The notes under the pieces were generated by a model. The model searched no databases, had not been told where the DNA came from, and saw only the letters and a list, made by a program, of their open reading frames with translations. Below, piece after piece: positions 56,528-64,000 of a stretch of DNA of 64,000 bases. How positions within the stretch are numbered: the first letter of the stretch is position 1; each line of letters opens with the position of its first letter. Made by a program: the position numbers and the translations under genes. The DNA is from Pyrinomonadaceae bacterium (GTDB taxonomy: Bacteria > Acidobacteriota > Blastocatellia > Pyrinomonadales > Pyrinomonadaceae). The stretch spans positions 536-64,535 of the forward strand of contig DATANW010000222.1 of the NCBI GenBank assembly GCA_036266055.1, in the 5' to 3' direction.

Positions 56528-57952
56528 TTAAATGTCGTAGTACAACGAAAACTCCAATGGATGCGGACGCATGCGCAACGGTGTGATCTCACGATCGCGT
56601 TTGTATCCGATCCAGCGATCGATCAGTTGCGGACTGAACACGTCACCCTTCAACAGGAAGTCGTGATCGTTTTCCAACGCTTTCAAAGAATCGTCCAACG
56701 ATCCCGGCAGCGTCGGCACGTCCTTCAACTCCTCCGGCGACAGATCGTAGATGTCCTTCTCCAGTGGATCACCCGGATCGATCCGGTTCTGCACCCCATC
56801 AAGTCCCGCCAACAGCATCGCCGAAAACGCGAGGTACGCATTGCACGACGGATCTGGCGGACGAAACTCCAGCCGCTTCAACTTCGGATTCGTCGAGAAC
56901 ATCGGAATACGAATCGCCGCCGAACGATTGCGTGCGGAGTACGCCAGGTTCACCGGCGCCTCGAATCCCGGCACCAATCGCTTGTAACTATTCGTCGTCG
57001 GCGCAGCAAACGCGACGATCGCAGCCGCGTGCTTCAACAGACCACCGATGTAATAACGCGCCACCTCCGATAATCCCGCATAACCATCGCCGGCGAACAA
57101 CGGCTTCTCGCCTTTCCACAGCGACTGGTGACAGTGCATTCCGGAACCGTTATCGCCGTAGAGCGGTTTCGGCATGAACGTCGCGGTCTTGCCAAATTGA
57201 TGAGCAGTATTGCGAACTACGTATTTGAAGATCTGAAGATTGTCGGCCGTCCCTAACATCGTCGAGTAACGGAAGTCGATCTCACACTGACCCGCGGTTG
57301 CGACTTCGTGATGATGACACTCGACAGTGACGCCACACTTGCCCAACGTCAGCGAGATCTCCGACCGCAGATCCGTAAGCGAGTCGGTCGGCGGCACCGG
57401 AACGTAGCCTTCTTTAGGACGAATGCGATAGCCGTGGTTTGTTCCGGCAAACTCGTTTGCGTCACGGCCGCTGTTCCAGTGCGCTTCGTCGGAGTCGATC
57501 GTGTAACCGGCGGAATTCTGCTCGGTGTGAAACTTGACGTTGTCGAAGACGAAAAACTCGGCTTCCGGACCAAAAAACGCCGTGTCGGCGATGCCCGTGA
57601 ACTTCAAATAACTCTCGGCGCGTTGCGCGACCGTGCGCGGATCGAAAGCGTAACCCTCCTTGGTGATTGGATCGACGGCGTTGCCGATCAGGCAGAGCGT
57701 TGGTTGTTCGGCAAAGGGGTCCATCCAGTAGCGCGTAGCATCGGGGACGAGCAACATGTCTGACTCATGAATTGCCGCCCAGCCGCGAATGGAGGAGGCG
57801 TCGAAGCCGAAGCCGTCTTCAAACTGGTCTTCTCCGAGTTCCGCGATGGGGAAGGTTAGGTGTTGCCAGGAGCCAGGCAAATCCGTGAAGCGAACTGAGA
57901 CGAATTTGGCGCCCTGATCAGTTGCGAATTTCAAGACAGTCTTCGGGTTCAT
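56528..57952 (-). CDS. glnA: Glutamine synthetase type I
   Basis: 474 aa. Motifs [20 protein letters not shown] and [13 protein letters not shown], and the adenylylation-loop region NLYDL-like DIYDLSPEE. Confidence 0.95.
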   Translation of the reverse strand: MNPKTVLKFATDQGAKFVSVRFTDLPGSWQHLTFPIAELGEDQFEDGFGFDASSIRGWAAIHESDMLLVPDATRYWMDPFAEQPTLCLIGNAVDPITKEGYAFDPRTVAQRAESYLKFTGIADTAFFGPEAEFFVFDNVKFHTEQNSAGYTIDSDEAHWNSGRDANEFAGTNHGYRIRPKEGYVPVPPTDSLTDLRSEISLTLGKCGVTVECHHHEVATAGQCEIDFRYSTMLGTADNLQIFKYVVRNTAHQFGKTATFMPKPLYGDNGSGMHCHQSLWKGEKPLFAGDGYAGLSEVARYYIGGLLKHAAAIVAFAAPTTNSYKRLVPGFEAPVNLAYSARNRSAAIRIPMFSTNPKLKRLEFRPPDPSCNAYLAFSAMLLAGLDGVQNRIDPGDPLEKDIYDLSPEELKDVPTLPGSLDDSLKALENDHDFLLKGDVFSPQLIDRWIGYKRDREITPLRMRPHPLEFSLYYDI

Positions 57953-58087
57953 TTTTTCTCCTGAAATTGGGGAGTGTCGGGGGTTCTCTTCGCCCTGCGT
58001 GGTGTGTGGTGCGAAGTATTTTGGAGTGGCTAACGACTCTCGGAAAACGAACGAGCGTCATGGAACGACGGCGCTTAAAAAACTGCC

Positions 58088-58115
58088 ATTATAGTTACGA
58101 CTTGATTGATGTCAA
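58088..58115 (-). promoter_or_regulatory. Putative sigma70 promoter of glnA
   Basis: The reverse strand reads TTGACA (58115-58110), then 16 nt, then TATAAT (58093-58088). This predicts a ~125-nt leader ending in AGGAGAAAAAATG. Confidence 0.5.
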
Positions 58116-58124
58116 GTTTTAGAC

Positions 58125-58190
58125 GAACCACGGATTTTACGGATGAAACAGATCCCAAAAACCTTAATGTTTTTGCATAAATCCGTGGTT
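58125..58190. repeat. Family-C hairpin, 13-bp perfect stem with 40-nt loop
   Basis: GAACCACGGATTT (58125-37) and AAATCCGTGGTTC (58178-90). The loop holds another ACGGAT / GATCC mini-repeat. Confidence 0.8.
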
Positions 58191-58376
58191 CTGCCGGGTC
58201 CAGCGAAACAAAAAAGTTATAGACCGCACCGGCCATTTTCTGTTACATTGCGCGCCTAAAGCGTTCCACCCAAACAACAACTCCGCAACTCGAATCGGAA
58301 AATGTACATCTGTGCTTTAGTTGAGAGGGAAATCATTTTCGATACAAGTGTTACTTCCAAGGCAGGAGACCGCTAA

Positions 58377-60314
58377 TTGACCACGGCAATCGAGCAAACG
58401 CTCGAAACTTATGGAATTGAAAACTGGGGTGCTGGCTACTTTGACGTAAACCGCAAGGGAAATCTTATCGTTCGCCCCGTCGAGGGCGACCCGCGTTCCG
58501 CGGACCTCAAAGAGATCATCGACGACCTCGCCAAGCGCGGCATCACCGCGCCTGTCCTGCTGCGTTTTCCGCAGCTCGTCGCTGCCCAGGTCAGAAAACT
58601 TCAGCGCGCGTTTAGCCGCTCAATCCGCGAGTTCGAATACCAGGGAACACACATGTGCGTGTATCCGATGAAGGTGAACCAGCAACGCGCCGTAGTTGAA
58701 GAGTACCTGCGCGAGGGTTCCCGCTACGATTTCGGACTCGAAGCCGGTTCCAAACCCGAACTCTACGCCGCACTCGCGCTCGAACAACCCGCCGATAGCC
58801 TGCTGGTCCTGAATGGTTTCAAAGACGAAGAGTTTATCGAGCTCGCGTTTGCCGGAGCGAAGGTTGGGAAACGAGTCGTCATCGTCATCGAGAAGCTGAA
58901 CGAGCTCGACCACGTGCTGAACGTTGCCGAACGTCACGAAGGCTCGATGCCGATGCTCGGCATGCGAGTGAAGCTTTACTCGAAAGGTTCCGGCCGCTGG
59001 GAAAAATCAGGCGGTGAAGCGGCGAAATTCGGACTGACGACAACGGAGTTGCTCGAAGTGATCCGCCGTCTGGAAGAAGCCGATCGCACAGACATGCTCA
59101 AGCTCCTTCACTTCCACATCGGTTCACAACTGACCGACATCAAGCGGATCAAGAACGCGATGAAGGAAGCCGCGCGCGTGTACGCGAAGGTCTACCAGAT
59201 GAAAGTGCCGATCGACTTTCTCGACGTCGGCGGCGGCATGGCAGTCGACTACGACGGTTCGAAAACCGCGTTTGATTCGTCGGCGAACTACACGGCGCAG
59301 GAGTTTGCCAACGACGTCATCTACACGATCAAGCAGGTGTGCGACGACGAGAACGTGCGGCATCCGACGATCATCCAGGAGTCGGGCCGGTTTCTCTCCG
59401 CGTATCACGCGATCCTCGTAACGAACGTGCTCGATGAAATCGAAACAGTCGTTGAAGACATCACGCCGATCGAGATCGACGAAGACGATCCGCAAGTCGT
59501 GATCGAGCTCGGCGACCTGCGCGAGTCGATCACGGTTAAAAACTATCGCGAGTACTACCACGACGCGCTCGAACATCGTGAAGAGTTGTTCACGTTGTTC
59601 AATCTCGGGTTGATCTCACTTGAGGACCGCGCGAAAGGCGAGGTGCTTTTCTGGGACGTTTGCGAACGCGCAGACAAGCACGCGCAACAGGCGAAATACG
59701 TCTCCGAGGAGTTCAGCGAGCTGCGGCGGCTGCTTTGCGCGAAGTACCTGACAAACTTCTCGGTGTTTCGTTCGGTGCCGGATCACTGGGCGCTCGATCA
59801 GCTGTTTCCGATCGTGCCGATTCATCACCTCAATAAGACGCCAACTGAATACACGACGTTGTGCGACATCACGTGCGACTCCGATGGTATCGTCGATAAG
59901 TTCGTCGACCTCCACGACGTCAAGCAAGTTCTCGAACTCCACTCATTGAACGCCGACGAGCCTTACTATCTCGCATTCATGCTGGTGGGCGCGTACCAGG
60001 AAGTGATGGGCAACAATCACAACCTTTTCGGCGCGCCGCACGAGGCCATCATCCATATCGATGAGGAGGGTTTTTTAATCAAGAAAGTTATCAAGGGGAC
60101 AACGGTCGGCGCCGCAGTCGAGCGCGCGCGTTACGAGCGCAGCTCGTTGCACGACGGATTTCGCCGCCTGATCAGTCGCCGCGTCAAAGATGGAGAGCTG
60201 AGCGAAGCTGAGGGTACGGAGTTGGCCCAGTTCTACGAATCCCGTTACGACGCCTACACATATCTGGCCGTTAACGGAGTTAAGTCACGTTCCAGACGGC
60301 ACACGGATTATTAG
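58377..60314 (+). CDS. speA: Biosynthetic arginine decarboxylase
   Basis: 645 aa. N-terminus YGIENWGAGYFDVN and the PLP-lysine region YPMKVNQQ. TTG start preceded by GGAG. Confidence 0.9.
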   Translation: MTTAIEQTLETYGIENWGAGYFDVNRKGNLIVRPVEGDPRSADLKEIIDDLAKRGITAPVLLRFPQLVAAQVRKLQRAFSRSIREFEYQGTHMCVYPMKVNQQRAVVEEYLREGSRYDFGLEAGSKPELYAALALEQPADSLLVLNGFKDEEFIELAFAGAKVGKRVVIVIEKLNELDHVLNVAERHEGSMPMLGMRVKLYSKGSGRWEKSGGEAAKFGLTTTELLEVIRRLEEADRTDMLKLLHFHIGSQLTDIKRIKNAMKEAARVYAKVYQMKVPIDFLDVGGGMAVDYDGSKTAFDSSANYTAQEFANDVIYTIKQVCDDENVRHPTIIQESGRFLSAYHAILVTNVLDEIETVVEDITPIEIDEDDPQVVIELGDLRESITVKNYREYYHDALEHREELFTLFNLGLISLEDRAKGEVLFWDVCERADKHAQQAKYVSEEFSELRRLLCAKYLTNFSVFRSVPDHWALDQLFPIVPIHHLNKTPTEYTTLCDITCDSDGIVDKFVDLHDVKQVLELHSLNADEPYYLAFMLVGAYQEVMGNNHNLFGAPHEAIIHIDEEGFLIKKVIKGTTVGAAVERARYERSSLHDGFRRLISRRVKDGELSEAEGTELAQFYESRYDAYTYLAVNGVKSRSRRHTDY

Positions 60315-60372
60315 TGATGTAAGAAGCAATTATTTCAGCAGAATGCTCAGTTCGAGAGGTTGATAACCCTGC

Positions 60373-61431
60373 ATGGTCACTCAACGAAAACCAAAAGCAT
60401 CGAAGTACTTGACCACTCCCACACGCCCAGTTCAGGTCGATCGCGATCGTTCGGTGGCCGGACTCCTCGAAAAAATGGAAGGCACGGGTTTTGGCGGGCG
60501 GCAACTCGCCGAAGCGCATCGCATCTGGCTCGACATGCTCGGCGACAACACGACGATCATCGTCTCCGCCTCGGGCGCTCTCATTCCCGCCGGTATGCGA
60601 CGTTTGCTGGCCTACGTGATCAAGAACCGCTTCGTCGATGTGCTGGTCTGTTCCGGCTCGATGCTGTTCCACGATCTGCATGAAACACTCGGTCGCTATC
60701 ACTTCCAGGCGCACCCGACCATGACTGACGCCGAACTGGAGTCGGCCCAGATCAGCCGCATGTGGGATCTGCTCGCGAGTGACGAAGAGTATCGGGAAGC
60801 GAAAGAGTGGATCGGAGGTTTCACCAACCAGCTCGATCAAACGCGCGCTTATTCAGCACGCGAATTCTTACATCTGCTTGGCCGCGAGCTCGCCGAGATC
60901 GCTTCCGAAGACGGCATACTAACCTCCGCTTACAAAGCACGCGTCCCGATTTTCTGTCCGGCAATTGCCGATAGCGGTCTCGCCGTCGGCATCGCCGGCG
61001 CACGGTTCGAGAAGAAGAATAACTTCATGTTCGACGTCATTCAGGACGTGCTCGACATGATGAACGTGATGGCCCAGGCGCGCGTCTCGGGCATCCTAAA
61101 TCTCGGCGGCGGCACGACGAAGAGTTTCATTCAACAGGCGACGCTAGCGTCGTTCCTGCAAAAAGAACATCATCACGGGCACAAATATGCGATCCAGATC
61201 TCGACGGATGCGGCACATCCGGGCGGGCGGTCCAATGCTGTGTCGTTTGACGAAGGGTTGATCTACGGCCGGCTCGCGCGGGGCGCCCACACGGCTTACG
61301 TCCCGTGCGATGCAACGATTGCGCTACCCGTCCTAATCACTTCACTGTCACAGACCGCTGCGAAGTACATGAAAGGACGAAAGCGTCCAAACTTTACTTT
61401 TGGCCGGGAATTGATCGTCGAAGCACCTTAA
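60373..61431 (+). CDS. Deoxyhypusine synthase-like protein (possible homospermidine synthase)
   Basis: 352 aa colinear with the deoxyhypusine synthase family (Rossmann-like ...IIVSASGALIPAGMR..., GGGTTKSF). Sits directly after speA. Confidence 0.8.
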   Translation: MVTQRKPKASKYLTTPTRPVQVDRDRSVAGLLEKMEGTGFGGRQLAEAHRIWLDMLGDNTTIIVSASGALIPAGMRRLLAYVIKNRFVDVLVCSGSMLFHDLHETLGRYHFQAHPTMTDAELESAQISRMWDLLASDEEYREAKEWIGGFTNQLDQTRAYSAREFLHLLGRELAEIASEDGILTSAYKARVPIFCPAIADSGLAVGIAGARFEKKNNFMFDVIQDVLDMMNVMAQARVSGILNLGGGTTKSFIQQATLASFLQKEHHHGHKYAIQISTDAAHPGGRSNAVSFDEGLIYGRLARGAHTAYVPCDATIALPVLITSLSQTAAKYMKGRKRPNFTFGRELIVEAP

Positions 61432-61444
61432 CGCGATCAGCAGA

Positions 61445-62263
61445 TCACGGGTTACGGTCAGCGGGTTGAAATAAGTCAATGGTTGACAGCATGGTGCCGC
61501 GCATCTCGCTGCGTTGCGCGTACATCGCCTGATCGGCGTGCTCAATTGCCTGGGCCAGGTGCGTGAGCGAATCGAACCCGGCGACGCCATGTGAAACCGT
61601 CACGGGCGTTCCCACCCACTTCCGACAATTCTCTTCCAATATCTCGTTCAGTTTTTTGAGACGCACGCTCGCGTCTTCCGCCGGCAGCTTGAACATCAAC
61701 ACGAGAAACTCGTCACCACCCCAGCGAAACAGCATGTCGTCGGCGCGAATCAACGAGCGCATCGCGCGCGCGACCGCGCGAATCGCTTTGTCGCCTGTCG
61801 TGTGACCCAATGTGTCGTTGATCGCTTTCAGATTGTCGATATCGATCACGGCGACGCTGCCGGACGTCATCGATTCCGCACCCCGTTCGGGACCGCGCAG
61901 GAGTGAATGAAAGGCGTGGCGGTTCAAGGCTTCGGTGAGCGGGTCCATTTGGGCCAGGAGCTGAAGCTTGTCACGGGCGGCGAGCAGTTCTCGATTTGTT
62001 TGTTCGACTTCGTGGCGGCAGCCGGTGATAACCACCAGTCCGAAGATGTACTGGCCCAGGAAGTAGATGGAGTAAACCAATGCCGGCCGAAATGAAACGT
62101 GAAAAGAGACGAACAGGAGCAGCAGCGCGAGAGACAGAATCGACCAACCGAGCGTCCAGAACTTCAGCGACACACTCTTGATCGACGACCGCATGAAGAC
62201 AGCGAGCAAGGTGAGAAAAAGAATGCCAAGGCACTGGGCAATCAAACCAACATTAGAATCCAT
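61445..62263 (-). CDS. Membrane-anchored diguanylate cyclase (GGDEF domain)
   Basis: Four N-terminal TM helices followed by AVIDIDNLKAINDTLGHTTGD and RWGGDEF motifs. Confidence 0.85.
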   Translation of the reverse strand: MDSNVGLIAQCLGILFLTLLAVFMRSSIKSVSLKFWTLGWSILSLALLLLFVSFHVSFRPALVYSIYFLGQYIFGLVVITGCRHEVEQTNRELLAARDKLQLLAQMDPLTEALNRHAFHSLLRGPERGAESMTSGSVAVIDIDNLKAINDTLGHTTGDKAIRAVARAMRSLIRADDMLFRWGGDEFLVLMFKLPAEDASVRLKKLNEILEENCRKWVGTPVTVSHGVAGFDSLTHLAQAIEHADQAMYAQRSEMRGTMLSTIDLFQPADRNP

Positions 62264-62441
62264 ACCGGGCAGACCTCGTTTCTGGGAATAACGAGTGATA
62301 AGGCGCTCAAAGACGAGTGAGATTGAGGGATTGAAGACGAGTGAGGAGTTTTACCGCATTGATTCTAGCTGAGGCCACGTGACGCGGCCAAGACTTTTCT
62401 TTGCTAACCCGTGTTTCTACGGACCACGGATCTACGGTGCA

Positions 62442-63200
62442 CTATAGTTTTTCGAAGACTTTGGCCTCGATTGAAGCGTTGTCGATGTCGCGGGTGAAGA
62501 GGTCTTGAACGCTGAGCTTATCGTTTTCAAGCAGGTATTTCACGGACAGATAGTACCGGAAGTATTGATAGCCCGTGCCGTCGTTTGGATTGGCTTTCCA
62601 TAACTTGCTGCCGGTTTCGTAGTCCAGCGTCGAGCCCCCGGCTACGTATTCCGCGTAGCCTTCTTTCTTCCACTCGGGCATGGTGATGTTTCGCACGTAA
62701 CCGAATTTCCGGCGGATGTTTAGATGGGTGATCTCGTGGGCGATCACGCCACTCAAGCTGCGTTGACTGCCGGTAGCGGCCTTGCGGAAGACGAGATCGC
62801 GCGAGACGTCTGCTTCGTTGATGAATACGTTGTTGGTCGGCAAGATTGGGTAACCTTTGCCGAACGAGTTCCAACCGATGTAGATACTCAGCAACGAGTA
62901 GAGCTTTTGGCTGTTCGTCAGGAAGATCTTTGGTTGGAGGGTGGTGTCGTTAATCGGTGACGCTGACAGTTCGGCTTCTACTTTGTCGAGGACCGGGTAG
63001 ATGCTCGGGGGCAGCGGCTGGCGCGAGTAGACCGTGAAGTTCTTGTAGCGCAGTTCGTGCGCGAAGAGCACCTGCGGATAAACGAGCAGGAACACGAAAG
63101 CCGCTGTGAGCAGCAGAAGCGCAGAACGAACGATCTTGTAAGCTTTGCTTTTGTTCTTGGCGGTGCGGAATTCGCGGTAGGCGTTAAGTAGGTTTTTCAC
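62442..63200 (-). CDS. Membrane-anchored HExxH protein (putative zinc metallopeptidase), family unknown
   Basis: One N-terminal TM (ALLLLTAAFVFLLVY) and a VIAHEITHL motif. Start set at GTG 63200, because the track extension to 63443 overlaps the ABC ATPase gene. Confidence 0.5.
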   Translation of the reverse strand: MKNLLNAYREFRTAKNKSKAYKIVRSALLLLTAAFVFLLVYPQVLFAHELRYKNFTVYSRQPLPPSIYPVLDKVEAELSASPINDTTLQPKIFLTNSQKLYSLLSIYIGWNSFGKGYPILPTNNVFINEADVSRDLVFRKAATGSQRSLSGVIAHEITHLNIRRKFGYVRNITMPEWKKEGYAEYVAGGSTLDYETGSKLWKANPNDGTGYQYFRYYLSVKYLLENDKLSVQDLFTRDIDNASIEAKVFEKL

Positions 63201-63231
63201 ACGGATGGTACGGATCCGTGGTTGAAAGGTT

Positions 63232-64000
63232 TCACACCAGCCATTCGAGCATTTCTTCTTTACCAGCGCTCCGGTCGCCGCCGACGATCTGAATGAAATA
63301 CTCCTCGAGCGACACTGGCCCACGACCGTCTTCTTCCATGCGGATTCCTTTTCGCAACTCATCCAGCGATCCGGAAGCAAGCAACTTCCCCTGCGCGATG
63401 ATCGCGATATCGCTGCACAGCCGCTCCACGATTTCCAGCACATGCGACGTCAGAAACACCGTCAATCCTCTCGCCGTCAACCGCATCAACAGGTCTTTCA
63501 ACGTGCGCGACGCAATCGCGTCGACACCTTCAAACGGTTCGTCGAGAAACAGTATCTCCGGCCGGTGAATCAACGCGCACGCCAGCGAGAGCTTCTTCTT
63601 CATCCCGTGCGAGTATTCGACGATCAGCTTCTTCGGCTCCTCCTGCAACTCCATCAAGTCGAGCAGCTCTTTCGAGCGGTGCGCGATCTCGTCATTGCGC
63701 AACCCGTACATGCGTCCGGTAAACGAAAGCATCTCCGCGCCCGTCAATCGCTCGAAGAGATTCAAGTCTTCAGGCACAACCCCGATGCGGCGTTTGACTT
63801 CCATCGGCTGTTCGCTGATGTCGAACCCAAGCACGCGCAACTTGCCGCTCGTCGGTCCAAGCAGGCCCGTAAGCATCTTGATCGTGGTCGATTTCCCCGC
63901 CCCGTTCGGTCCGAGAAAGCCGAAGAAACTTCCGCGATCGACATGAAGATTGATGTGATCGACGGCGACAAAGTCGCCAAACTGCTTCACGAGGAAAAAG
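63232..64000 (-). CDS. ABC transporter ATP-binding protein (5' end beyond window)
   Basis: Walker A GPNGAGKST, signature SHGMKKKLSLACAL, Walker B ILFLDEPFEG. The frame stays open upstream of GTG 63990 to the window edge. Confidence 0.85.
   Translation of the reverse strand, partial: FFLVKQFGDFVAVDHINLHVDRGSFFGFLGPNGAGKSTTIKMLTGLLGPTSGKLRVLGFDISEQPMEVKRRIGVVPEDLNLFERLTGAEMLSFTGRMYGLRNDEIAHRSKELLDLMELQEEPKKLIVEYSHGMKKKLSLACALIHRPEILFLDEPFEGVDAIASRTLKDLLMRLTARGLTVFLTSHVLEIVERLCSDIAIIAQGKLLASGSLDELRKGIRMEEDGRGPVSLEEYFIQIVGGDRSAGKEEMLEWLV

Noticed and set aside
57953-58087. The glnA leader considered as a glutamine riboswitch, and TGGCAG-N-TAAGC as a sigma54 promoter.
   Set aside because: - I could not recognise the conserved glnA-RNA motif core.
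- The GG/GC spacing is two nt off the sigma54 -24/-12 consensus.
- Only a covariance-model scan could settle the question.

Overview
This is a 64-kb chromosomal segment of a moderately GC-rich bacterium. Gene content (bacillithiol genes, Box benzoyl-CoA pathway, GH5, secreted TPR and M28 proteins, RND efflux) would fit a soil Acidobacteriota-like organism, but that is inference only. I call about 55 CDS and one tRNA, a selenocysteine tRNA found by eye. I see no rRNA, CRISPR array, transposase, integrase or phage genes.

From left to right the window contains:
- aminotransferase (partial), APC permease, SDR, and a CrtI-like FAD oxidoreductase
- a bacterial eRF1/Pelota-like protein and a GT39 glycosyltransferase
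- a DUF433/DUF5615 toxin-antitoxin pair
- GH5 hydrolase
- selB co-oriented with bshA, then nfu, two tandem paralogous secreted helical proteins, and bshB1
- MBL hydrolase and EEP nuclease
- a tetR-MFP-RND-TolC efflux operon
- a YqjD/holin-like/DUF3618 membrane-stress triad
- TPR protein and M28 peptidase
- topA, dprA and tRNA-Sec
- boxC, boxB, a TetR gene, two enoyl-CoA hydratases and an SDR
- maf, a DUF721 gene, gatC and gatA
- an Fbp-like ABC importer
- a large PIG-L fusion protein
- glnE and glnA
- speA and a deoxyhypusine-synthase-like gene
- a GGDEF protein, a HExxH protein and an ABC ATPase (partial)

Nearly every long intergenic spacer holds one of three families of short-unit hairpin repeats: CACAAAAGGCAC-type, CGCAAAGG-type and ATCCGTGG-type.

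I could not identify a clear-cut new multi-gene system such as a defence island. The items most worth follow-up are:
- the eRF1-like protein with GGW in place of GGQ
- the split selenocysteine machinery (tRNA-Sec here, selB in an apparent operon with bshA)
- the tandem unknown-function paralogs embedded in the bacillithiol/Nfu locus
- the repeat families

Coordinates of features I located by hand (RNA, repeats, promoters, revised starts) may be off by a few nt.
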